The notes: generated by a model from the sequence alone, not told the origin. A stretch of DNA of 31,440 nt from a virus (IMGVR_UViG_3300016472_001021:1-31440), one strand, 5' to 3'. Counted from the stretch's first letter, positions 1-8,135 are shown. Numbers and translations: made by a program.

Positions 1-2
1 AT

Positions 3-508
3 GGAACAGCAAAAGATTGTGTTATTATTTATGATTATTTAAAACTAATGGATAGTGCTGGTATAAGCCAGGATATGAAAGAATATCAAATTTTGGTTTT
101 ATGATGACTAGTCTACATAATTTTGCTGTTAGATACAAAGTTCCAATTTTAGGATTTATTCAACTAAATAGAGATGGTATCACCAAAGAAAGCACAGATA
201 CTGCTAGCGGATCAGATAGAATAATCTGGCTTTGTAGCAATTTTACTATTTTCAAAAGAAAAAGTGACGAAGAGATCGCTGAAGACGGACCAAACAACGG
301 CAATAGAAAACTTGTTCCTTTGATAAGTAGACATGGTGGAGGATTAGATGATAATGATTATATCAATTGTCATATGAAGGGCTGGTGTGCCAAAATCGAA
401 GAAGGTAAAACCAGACTAGAATTAATTAGTAATAATAAAAATTCTGATAAAGGATTCATAATTAGTGATGAGCAAAACCATGACGATCAAGAAATCCCGT
501 TCGTATAG
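3..508 (+). CDS. dnaB: Replicative SF4 DnaB-like helicase, C-terminal part (5'-truncated by window; apparent frameshift at ~93-100)
   Basis: The frame starting at nt 3 reads GTAKDCVIIYDYLKLMDSAG...EYQIL (Walker B/H2-like IIxDYLxLM) and stops at TGA 102-104. The frame of ORF 101..508 continues with VPILGFIQLNR (H3, QLNR), GSDRI (H4-like) and SRHGG (Arg finger). Confidence 0.85.
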
Positions 509-1634
509 TCAACATCAACTAAAAGCTTTATCTGATTATTTATGCGAAGATATTGATAATTTATTAGATAGCTTAAACGTTACTGACTATAGAATGTTTG
601 ATAGAATGATAGCTATGAAATGCCCCATACACGGAGGAGACAATAACTCTGCATTAAATCTATATTATAAAGGAGATTCCTATAAAGGAAATTGGAAATG
701 TAGAACCCATCAGTGTGAAGAAACATTCAAAGGATCTATTATAGGTTTTGTAAGAGGTTGCTTATCAAAGCAACAAGGATGGACAGGTCCTGGTGATCCT
801 ATGATATCTTTTGAAGAAGCTGTTGATTATAGTATTAAATTTAGTAAAAAAAATCCAAAAGACCTAAAAATAAATAAAAAAGAAATAGAAAAAAATAATT
901 TTGTTAATATTGTTAATAATATTCAATCTGACTCAAAAAATAAAGATAATATTCCAAAAATTGCTAGATCAACAATTATTAAAAATTTAGATATACCATC
1001 ATTATATTTTTTAAATAGAGGTTTTTCTAAAGAAATTTTAAATAAATACGATGTTGGTGAATGTGAGATTGAAGGCAAAGAAATGTACAAACGTGCAGTT
1101 GTACCAGTTTATGATGAATCATATTCATATATGGTTGGATGTTCTGGTAGAAGCTTATACAAATCTTGTGAAAAATGCAAGAGCTATCATGATCCATTAG
1201 ATGATTGTCCAAATGAAGACTATAGATGGCAGTATTCAAAATGGAAACACAATAAGGGTTTTAAAACACAAGAACATCTCTATAATCTCTGGTTCGCTAA
1301 AGATTATATACAAAAAAGTAAAAGTATAGTTTTAGTAGAAAGTCCAGGGAATGTGTGGAGACTAGAAGAAAGTGGTATACACAATAGCGTAGCTTTATTC
1401 GGCTCATCTTTGCATGATAAACAAAAATTATTAATAGATTTATCTGGTGCTATGAGTATTTATCTTTTGATGGATAATGATGAAGCTGGAAAAAAGGCTT
1501 CTCAAAATATTTTTGAAAAATGCTATAAAACATATAATATTTTTAATATTGAGATTGATCATAATGATGTTGCAGAAATGAGGGTTGGCGAAGTGATAGA
1601 TATTATAATTCCACAAATTAAGGATAAATATTAA
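465..1634 (+). CDS. dnaG: DnaG-like DNA primase (CHC2 zinc finger + TOPRIM)
   Basis: CPIHGGDN...WKCRTHQC zinc-binding domain; YFLNRG; RAVVPV...GCSGR; TOPRIM VLVESPGNV and LMDNDEAG; adjacent to helicase. Start is GTG 465 or ATG 468, with AAAGGA at 449-454. Confidence 0.9.
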   Translation: MMSKTMTIKKSRSYSQHQLKALSDYLCEDIDNLLDSLNVTDYRMFDRMIAMKCPIHGGDNNSALNLYYKGDSYKGNWKCRTHQCEETFKGSIIGFVRGCLSKQQGWTGPGDPMISFEEAVDYSIKFSKKNPKDLKINKKEIEKNNFVNIVNNIQSDSKNKDNIPKIARSTIIKNLDIPSLYFLNRGFSKEILNKYDVGECEIEGKEMYKRAVVPVYDESYSYMVGCSGRSLYKSCEKCKSYHDPLDDCPNEDYRWQYSKWKHNKGFKTQEHLYNLWFAKDYIQKSKSIVLVESPGNVWRLEESGIHNSVALFGSSLHDKQKLLIDLSGAMSIYLLMDNDEAGKKASQNIFEKCYKTYNIFNIEIDHNDVAEMRVGEVIDIIIPQIKDKY

Positions 1635-2239
1635 TGAATACAAAAATTATAGCTTTTTCTGGAAGAAAACAAGCTGGTAAAACAATTTGTAGTGAATTTT
1701 TAAAAGGTTTATTATTAAGTAATGGCTATAAAGATGTTGAGATATTTAATTTTGCTGATCCTTTAAAAGAAGATATTTGTATGAACATGTTTAATTTAAG
1801 CTATGCTCAGTGTTATGGTGAAGATCATAGTAAAAATGAATTAATAGATGCTCATTGGGAAAATAAACAACTCTCTGCTAGAGATTTAATGCAACTAATA
1901 GGTACTGATTTATTTAGAAAACTTAATAAAAATGTGTGGGTTAATGCCTTAGTCAATAAAATTAAAAAAACCAATCATCAAGTTGTTATAGTTTCTGATT
2001 GTCGTTTTCCTAATGAAATAGAAGCTATTAAAAATAATCATGGTTTAGTGTTTAGATTAAATAGAAATCCTCACCACTCTGATCATATAAGTGAAACTAT
2101 ATTAGATTCTCATTGTTATGATTGGCAAAATTTTGATGCAATCATTAATAATGAGCATATGACAGTCAGAGAACAATATGAAAAATTAAAAAAACTTATG
2201 TTGCATTTTAATATTTTACCACTAGAAAAATCATTATGA
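1634..2239 (+). CDS. Deoxynucleoside monophosphate kinase (T4 gp1-like)
   Basis: P-loop SGRKQAGKT; FADPLKE; RDLMQLIGTDLFR; VSDCRFPNE; HISE. These motifs are typical of phage dNMP kinases. Confidence 0.85.
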   Translation: MNTKIIAFSGRKQAGKTICSEFLKGLLLSNGYKDVEIFNFADPLKEDICMNMFNLSYAQCYGEDHSKNELIDAHWENKQLSARDLMQLIGTDLFRKLNKNVWVNALVNKIKKTNHQVVIVSDCRFPNEIEAIKNNHGLVFRLNRNPHHSDHISETILDSHCYDWQNFDAIINNEHMTVREQYEKLKKLMLHFNILPLEKSL

Positions 2240-3279
2240 TAATTACTTATTTTCGTAGCTCATCTTATAACACACATAGTCTTTGCGAACAACAGTACTT
2301 TTTTGAGTATGTACTAGGTTGGAGAAGTCCTTCAGGTTTTAAAGCTGTTAAAGGAACCATAATGCACAAGGTTTTGGAGCTTTTGGCTATTATTAAAAAA
2401 GCTCAACAAGATAATTTAACACATGTTAATGATGATGAAATTTTAGGTAAGATCGATATTAATAACTATAGTTTAAATGTTATAATAGAAAAAGTTTATA
2501 AATATTATAGTGAAGCTAATAGCCAACATATCTGGACAATTAAAGATTACAAAGAATGCTATAATTGGGTTTATAAAGCTATACAATTTAATAATGGAAT
2601 GTTTGATCCTAGAAATTGCAATATTTTGCAACCAGAACAAAGATTTGATTTGGTTATAGAAAAACCATGGGCTAAATATTCATATAATATTGATGGAAAA
2701 AAAATAGATGGATATTTGGGCTTAAAAGGAACCATAGATTTAATTACAAAAGTAGACGATAAAACTGTTGAGGTGGTAGATTATAAATCGGGGAAAAGAT
2801 TAGATTGGGCAACAGGACAAGAAAAAACACAAGAAAAACTTGAAAAAGATGCTCAACTCAGAATCTATCACTATGCTGTTAAAAAATTATATCCACACAT
2901 AGAAACTGTAATATTTACTATATATTTTGTTAATGATGGTGGTCCATTTTCTATGGTTTTTCATGATAGTGATTTAGTCGAAACTGAAGATATGTTAAGA
3001 AAAAAATTTGAAATTATCAAAAATACACGCAAGCCAAGATTAAATAAAAGTTGGATGTGTAATAGAATCTGTCACTTTGGTAAAACAACATTTGAAAACT
3101 CTAATATAGAACCACAAACTGAATATAGAGATGATCAAGTCTTCCCAAAAGGCAGTCTCATGTCTAAATGCGAACAAGTGAAACATGATCTTGAACTCTA
3201 TGGGATTGATGCTACAATGAGCATATACAAGCATCCAGATCACACTGTAGGCCACTATCAAGCCCCAGGGGCAACCTGA
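2236..3279 (+). CDS. PD-(D/E)XK exonuclease, Cas4/AddB/RecB-like
   Basis: SSYNxxxxCxxQY, GTIMHKVLE, EQRF, GTIDLI, VDYKSG and QLRIY motifs; one N-terminal and three C-terminal Cys could ligate an Fe-S cluster. Confidence 0.85.
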   Translation: MIITYFRSSSYNTHSLCEQQYFFEYVLGWRSPSGFKAVKGTIMHKVLELLAIIKKAQQDNLTHVNDDEILGKIDINNYSLNVIIEKVYKYYSEANSQHIWTIKDYKECYNWVYKAIQFNNGMFDPRNCNILQPEQRFDLVIEKPWAKYSYNIDGKKIDGYLGLKGTIDLITKVDDKTVEVVDYKSGKRLDWATGQEKTQEKLEKDAQLRIYHYAVKKLYPHIETVIFTIYFVNDGGPFSMVFHDSDLVETEDMLRKKFEIIKNTRKPRLNKSWMCNRICHFGKTTFENSNIEPQTEYRDDQVFPKGSLMSKCEQVKHDLELYGIDATMSIYKHPDHTVGHYQAPGAT

Positions 3280-3280
3280 A

Positions 3281-3285
3281 AGGAG
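3281..3285 (+). promoter_or_regulatory. Shine-Dalgarno (AGGAG) of dnaE N-fragment
   Basis: AGGAG 9 nt before ATG 3295. The same GGAGATT context, also 9 nt from GGAG to ATG, occurs at 5149 (ATG 5162) and 7692 (ATG 7705). Confidence 0.75.
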
Positions 3286-3294
3286 ATTTAAAGT

Positions 3295-5160
3295 ATGGGC
3301 GCAAAGCTCAATTATGTGCCGTTGCATGTCCATTCTCATTTTTCTTTGTTGGATGGACTAAGCAAACAAGATAAAATAGCATCTAGATGCTCTGAATTAG
3401 ATATAAAATCCTGCGCATTAACAGATCATGGAAATATATCAGGAACTGTACAATTTTATCAAAAACTTAAAACTAAGAATATCAAGCCTATTCTGGGTTG
3501 TGAGTTATATTTATGTAAAGATGATCCGTCTATTAAAAATAAAAACAACTCTGAATTATCTCATTTTTTGGTATTGGCTAAAAATTTACAAGGATGGAAA
3601 ACTCTTATTAAAATAGTTTCAGAATCCAATAAACCTGAATATTTTTATCATAAACCAAGACTAAGTTTGGCTAAATTAGCAGACTTTTTAGATGGAAATA
3701 TTATTGGTATTTGTGGCCATTTAGGATCAACATTATCAAATATTCTATTATCTGATCAAAATAATGTTATAAATAATGGCTTATCGTTTATTGATAGAAT
3801 GAAAGATATTTTTGGGCAAGATAATTTTTATTTGGAAACACAATTATTTGATAAAGATCTTTTGAAAGAACAAAGTTATTTAACAGAATGTGTGAGACGA
3901 TTATCTGATGTTAGCAAAATAAAAGCTGTTTGTACTCCAGATGCACATTATGTTAATAAAGAAGATGCTGTGGATCAAAGAATTTTATTATGCAATAATT
4001 TAAAAACAACACTTTCTGATATTAATACAAAATTATTAAATGACCAACAAGTTCCTATGGAGTGTTTTTTTAAGAGTGAAAATTATTATATCTTATCTCC
4101 TGAAGAGATGAGAAATATACACACTCAAGAAGAAATAGAAAATACATTATTAGTAGATAATCTAATAGAAGAATTTGATATATTATCTTCCCCAAAATTA
4201 CCAAGATTTGATTGTCCAAAAGGATACAATCCTGACGAATATTTAAGAGAACTATGTCGTAATGGTTGGAGAGATAGAATCATATCAAATATACCTAAAA
4301 AAGATCAACAAATTTATATAGATCGTATTAAATACGAATTAGATATTTTGCAAGGAGCTAATCTAAGCAGCTACTTTTTGATAGTGCAAGATATTGTTAA
4401 TTATGTTAGAAACAATAACTGGCTACCCGGAGTTGGTAGAGGAAGCGCTGCTGGTTGTTTGGTATCCTATTTAATAGGAATTACAGATATTGATCCTATC
4501 AGATATAATCTATTATTTGAAAGATTTTTTAATGCAGCTAGATCTACATCTATTCCAGATATTGATACAGATGTTCCTATAGATAAAAGAGAAAATGTAT
4601 TGGAATATATAAAAAATAAATATGGCCATAATAAAGTTTCTCAGATGATAACATTTAATACTATGAAAGGTAGGGGCGCCCTAAAAGATGTGTTAAGGGT
4701 TTATGGAAATATCAGTTTTGAAGAAATGAATATTATTACTAAATTTATTCCTGATGAAGCTAAAATAGCAGACGAGCTTCAAGAAATGAAAGAAGATACA
4801 GGAGAAGCATCTATTATAAGATGGGCATTAGAAAATAATACCGACAAGCTCAAAGAGTGGTGCTATATAAGTGAAGATGGATCACTATCTGGCCCCTTGT
4901 CAAAAAGATTTGAGCAAGCTATTAGATTAGAGGGAACAAAGTCCAATCAGAGCAAACACGCTGCTGGTGTAATTATAGGAACAGAAGATCTTTCGTCTGT
5001 ATGCCCTATGGTTTATGATAATAAAAACGATCAGTTGATAGCTGGTATGGAGATGAACGATTTAGAAAGCTTGGGTTTAATTAAATTTGATATTCTTGGC
5101 ATAGCCCTATTAGATAAAGTAATGTGCGTATCAGAATATTTAAAACATGGAGATTTGTAA
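3295..5160 (+). CDS. dnaE: DNA polymerase III alpha (DnaE), N-terminal subunit: PHP + palm/thumb
   Basis: PHP motifs LHVHSHFSLLDG, ALTDHGN, GCE, DAHY; GRGSAAGCLVSYLIGITDIDP; catalytic PDIDTD and KFDILG; SKHAAGV. Ends about 19 aa after KFDILG with TAA. Confidence 0.95.
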   Translation: MGAKLNYVPLHVHSHFSLLDGLSKQDKIASRCSELDIKSCALTDHGNISGTVQFYQKLKTKNIKPILGCELYLCKDDPSIKNKNNSELSHFLVLAKNLQGWKTLIKIVSESNKPEYFYHKPRLSLAKLADFLDGNIIGICGHLGSTLSNILLSDQNNVINNGLSFIDRMKDIFGQDNFYLETQLFDKDLLKEQSYLTECVRRLSDVSKIKAVCTPDAHYVNKEDAVDQRILLCNNLKTTLSDINTKLLNDQQVPMECFFKSENYYILSPEEMRNIHTQEEIENTLLVDNLIEEFDILSSPKLPRFDCPKGYNPDEYLRELCRNGWRDRIISNIPKKDQQIYIDRIKYELDILQGANLSSYFLIVQDIVNYVRNNNWLPGVGRGSAAGCLVSYLIGITDIDPIRYNLLFERFFNAARSTSIPDIDTDVPIDKRENVLEYIKNKYGHNKVSQMITFNTMKGRGALKDVLRVYGNISFEEMNIITKFIPDEAKIADELQEMKEDTGEASIIRWALENNTDKLKEWCYISEDGSLSGPLSKRFEQAIRLEGTKSNQSKHAAGVIIGTEDLSSVCPMVYDNKNDQLIAGMEMNDLESLGLIKFDILGIALLDKVMCVSEYLKHGDL

Positions 5161-5161
5161 A

Positions 5162-5344
5162 ATGCTTACTAAAACTTTAGATCAGGTTGCAAATGGAGAA
5201 AATTTTAAAGTAAATAATGTAGAATATACAAAAATACAAGAGATTAGAGTAAGTTGTTGCAGAAGTGTGAATTGTCATGTTCTTGGCGATTCTAATCAAA
5301 AGACCTTTTTCCCAGGAAACACAGTAGTGGAGACCAATGGCTAA
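5162..5344 (+). CDS. Small (~60 aa) hypothetical protein between the two dnaE halves
   Basis: GGAG at 5149-5152 sits 9 nt before ATG 5162, favouring this start over 5147; ORF fills the gap and overlaps the exonuclease start; contains SCCRSVNC. Confidence 0.7.
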   Translation: MLTKTLDQVANGENFKVNNVEYTKIQEIRVSCCRSVNCHVLGDSNQKTFFPGNTVVETNG

Positions 5345-6035
5345 TTTACAAAAAATTTGTGTGTTTGATTTAGAAACTGACGGTTCTAATCCTGATATTT
5401 GCAGTCCTGTTCAAATAGCTTCGATTATTATTGATCCTTATAAATTAGAAATTATAAAAGATTCTGAATTTAATATTAATTTAAAACCATCTATTCTGGA
5501 TGAAAAACCAGATTATATATATGATGATACTGATGTTTTGGATTTTCATGCTAAAGTAAGAGGGTGTGATAAATCAAAAATTCTTGAGGATTGGAAAAAT
5601 TACCAAAATCAAGATAGTGGTTGGAAAATGTTTGTATCTTATCTTGAAAAATATCATATTAGATCAGATAAAAAATCTTGTTTTACCGCACCTATAGCTG
5701 CTGGATATAATATAAATAAGTTTGATTTAAGAATTATAGATAGATTAAGTATAAAGTATAAAAACCTTAATAAGGAAGGAAGATCTTCTTTATTTTATCC
5801 TAGAGATGTTATAGATTTAATGAATATTATTTTTTATTGGTTTGAAGGCAATAATGAACTTAAAAATTATACTCTAGATAATGTAAGAGATTATTTTGGC
5901 ATAAATAAAGACGGATCTCATGATGCATTAAACGATGTAAAAGCTACGGCAGATTTACTAATTAGATTTATGAAATTACACAGAAATGTGTCCAACAAGG
6001 TAAAATTTAAGAATTCTTTTGCAAAATCTTTATGA
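5337..6035 (+). CDS. DEDDh 3'-5' exonuclease (DnaQ/Pol III epsilon-like)
   Basis: ExoI VFDLETDG, ExoII AGYNINKFDL, ExoIII HDALNDV; GGAG at 5329-5332. Confidence 0.9.
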   Translation: MANLQKICVFDLETDGSNPDICSPVQIASIIIDPYKLEIIKDSEFNINLKPSILDEKPDYIYDDTDVLDFHAKVRGCDKSKILEDWKNYQNQDSGWKMFVSYLEKYHIRSDKKSCFTAPIAAGYNINKFDLRIIDRLSIKYKNLNKEGRSSLFYPRDVIDLMNIIFYWFEGNNELKNYTLDNVRDYFGINKDGSHDALNDVKATADLLIRFMKLHRNVSNKVKFKNSFAKSL

Positions 6036-7642
6036 ATCAGTATTATACTTTTGATTGTGGATGTCGATTCAAAGTTTTGGGCTATGATAATAATCATCCC
6101 AAAATACATTTTACTGGAAAACTAGACGAATTAAATCTTGAGTGTTCTAAAACCTGGGATCTTATTAGTTCAGGAAATACAAAAGGGGTCTTTCAGCTAG
6201 AATCCAGATTAGGATCTAGTATGTCTAAAAAACTAAAACCACGAAACATAGAACATCTTTCTGCCCTGATTAGCATCATGAGGCCCGGTTCTTTAGAAGC
6301 TTTTAGAGATGGTAAAAGTGTTACAGATCATTATATAGACAAAAAGAATGGCTTAGAAAGCGTAGATTATTTTCATCCAGCATTAGAACCTATCTTAAAA
6401 TCTACTTACGGCGAAATGATTTATCAAGAACAAAGTATGCAAATAGCTCAAGCAGTAGCCGGATTTAATTTGCAAGAAGCGGACATGTTAAGAAAAGCTA
6501 TTGGTAAGAAAAAACCAGAAGAAATGGCAAAAGTTAAAATCAAATTTAATGATGGTGCAAAAAAACTAAAAATAATTAATGAACAACAAGCAGAAGAAAT
6601 TTTTGGCTGGATAGAAAAAAGTCAAAGATATCAATTTAATGCTTCTCATAGCATATCATATTCTATGAATGCTTATGTCTCGGCATATGCAAAAGCTCAT
6701 TTTCCAAAAGCTTTTTTTGCATCTTATTTAAAATTTGCTAAAGATAAAATGGACCCTCAAAGAGAGATTAAAGAATTAATACGCAGTGCTACTGAAATGG
6801 ATATTATTGTTTGTACTCCTGATCTTAGAAAATTAAACAAACATTTTATTATAGATAATGATAAGATATATTTTGGCTTAACAGATATCAAAGGAGTTGG
6901 ATATTCTGTGTTTGATAAAATTTTACAATTATCTCAAACATTAGACTTTAATAGTGTAAAGTGGAGTAGTCTATTAACAAAATTTTTAACCAAAATCAAC
7001 TCTACAGCAGCAAAAGCACTAATATCTTGTGGAGCATTAGATTATAATAACAAGTCTAGAACTCAGATGTTGTTTGAGTATGATATAATATCAGAATTAA
7101 CATCCAGAGAATTGGAGCTATTGGATCCAAATATCGAAAATCTACCCGACTCTCTTCAGCTTTTGCTAAATAAAAACAAAATTAATATTAAGCGTAAAAA
7201 TAGTATACAAAATTTAATTCAATTATATAATAACCCACCTTATTCTTTAGAAGATAAAATAGAATGGTTATCAGATTCAGAAAATGGATTATTGGGGGCT
7301 TCAGTAACTTGTTTTAAAATAGATTCTTACGATATTAGTATGACTAATTGTGATTGTAAAACTTTCAAAAATACCAACTCTACAAAAAACATAATTTTAG
7401 CTGGTGAAATTAGCTATATTAATTTTGTAAAAACTAAAAATGGGAAAAATCCTGGAGCAGAAATGGCTTTTGTTACTATAGAAGATCAATTTTCTTCTTT
7501 AGATTCTGTTATCGTGTTTCCAGAACAATTATCTAAATATAGAAATTATTTATTTGAAGGCAATATATTAATATTTGTGGGAACTAAAAGCGCCAAAAAA
7601 GATTCTTTTGTGGTAGAAAAATGTTTTGTGCCACGATCTTGA
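6032..7642 (+). CDS. dnaE: DNA polymerase III alpha (DnaE), C-terminal subunit: fingers + HhH + OB fold
   Basis: TKGVFQLES, ISIMRPG, YGEMIYQEQ, EADMLRKAIGKKK, YQFNASH, FGLTDIKGVG (HhH), MAFVTIED...VIVFP (OB). Starts in an ATGA overlap with the exonuclease stop. Confidence 0.95.
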   Translation: MNQYYTFDCGCRFKVLGYDNNHPKIHFTGKLDELNLECSKTWDLISSGNTKGVFQLESRLGSSMSKKLKPRNIEHLSALISIMRPGSLEAFRDGKSVTDHYIDKKNGLESVDYFHPALEPILKSTYGEMIYQEQSMQIAQAVAGFNLQEADMLRKAIGKKKPEEMAKVKIKFNDGAKKLKIINEQQAEEIFGWIEKSQRYQFNASHSISYSMNAYVSAYAKAHFPKAFFASYLKFAKDKMDPQREIKELIRSATEMDIIVCTPDLRKLNKHFIIDNDKIYFGLTDIKGVGYSVFDKILQLSQTLDFNSVKWSSLLTKFLTKINSTAAKALISCGALDYNNKSRTQMLFEYDIISELTSRELELLDPNIENLPDSLQLLLNKNKINIKRKNSIQNLIQLYNNPPYSLEDKIEWLSDSENGLLGASVTCFKIDSYDISMTNCDCKTFKNTNSTKNIILAGEISYINFVKTKNGKNPGAEMAFVTIEDQFSSLDSVIVFPEQLSKYRNYLFEGNILIFVGTKSAKKDSFVVEKCFVPRS

Positions 7643-7666
7643 CATGTCTGTTCGATAGGTTATAAT
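7639..7666 (+). promoter_or_regulatory. Sigma70-type promoter for ssb
   Basis: TTGACA (7639-7644, overlapping the dnaE-C TGA stop), 16-nt spacer, TATAAT (7661-7666); SD AGGAG 7691-7695; ATG 7705. Confidence 0.85.
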
Positions 7667-7704
7667 AGGTTGTTGTGACGTTTTACTTTTAGGAGATTGA
7701 ATTT

Positions 7705-8073
7705 ATGAATATAACATTGTTAAAGGGTAATCTTGCTAGAGATCCAGAGTTACGAGTTGTTAATCCCAACGGTAAACAAACTAGTGTTGTTAATTTTACT
7801 ATAGCTGTTAATAGGGATTATATCAAAGCTAATGGTGAAAAAGATAAGATTACTTCTTTTATCAATTGCGAAGCGTGGGATAGCGGAGCAGAAACTATCG
7901 CTGAAAGCCTAAAAAAGGGCGATCTGGTAATGGTAGAAGGATCATTGCGAAATGATACTTGGGAAAAAGACGGAGTTAAACATAGTAGTCTTAAGGTTAG
8001 AGTTAATAACTTTTCTAAGATTACTAAGCTTAGCAGAAATAAATCAGAAGAGCCTGAATCAGTAGCTTTCTGA
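7705..8073 (+). CDS. ssb: Single-stranded DNA-binding protein
   Basis: N-x-x-x-L-x-GNLARDPELR, FTIAVNR, FINCEAW, LKKGDLVMVEGSL: bacterial-type SSB OB fold, with a short acidic tail ending EEPESVAF. Confidence 0.95.
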   Translation: MNITLLKGNLARDPELRVVNPNGKQTSVVNFTIAVNRDYIKANGEKDKITSFINCEAWDSGAETIAESLKKGDLVMVEGSLRNDTWEKDGVKHSSLKVRVNNFSKITKLSRNKSEEPESVAF

Positions 8074-8092
8074 TAGATAAGAAAGGAAAAAT

Positions 8093-8128
8093 TAGAATAA
8101 CGGGGGGTGAAATATCCCCCCTATTCTA
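8093..8128 (+). terminator. Stem-loop after ssb (possible intrinsic terminator, attenuator or translational element)
   Basis: TAGAATA-ac-GGGGGG-tgaaatat-CCCCCC-TATTCTA inverted repeat; only an interrupted T-tract follows; ends 7 nt before ATG 8136. Confidence 0.6.
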
Positions 8129-8135
8129 TTATCTT

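Noticed and set aside
2236-3279. CRISPR-Cas locus suggested by the Cas4-like gene
   Set aside because: No repeat-spacer array and no other cas genes are seen in the window.
5162-5344. Intein-like words in the small ORF (KTLDQVANGE, FFPGNTVVET)
   Set aside because: They are in the wrong order, lack Cys1 and the protein is too short; more likely a small beta-barrel protein.
5161-6031. Group I/II intron interrupting dnaE
   Set aside because: The interval is fully occupied by two coupled ORFs with SD sites; there is no non-coding structured RNA, homing endonuclease or reverse transcriptase.
5125-6145. Split intein joining the two dnaE halves (N half ends CVSEYLKHGDL; C half has a ~30-aa leader)
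   Set aside because: No TxxH block B, no block F/G and no HN-C/S/T junction; LNLECSKTWDLI already aligns with ordinary DnaE sequence.
7058-7076. RTQMLF as a beta-clamp-binding motif in DnaE-C
   Set aside because: Its position matches the conserved 'R..L' helix after GA.D rather than the downstream QxxLF site, and the spacing does not fit well; unsupported without an alignment.
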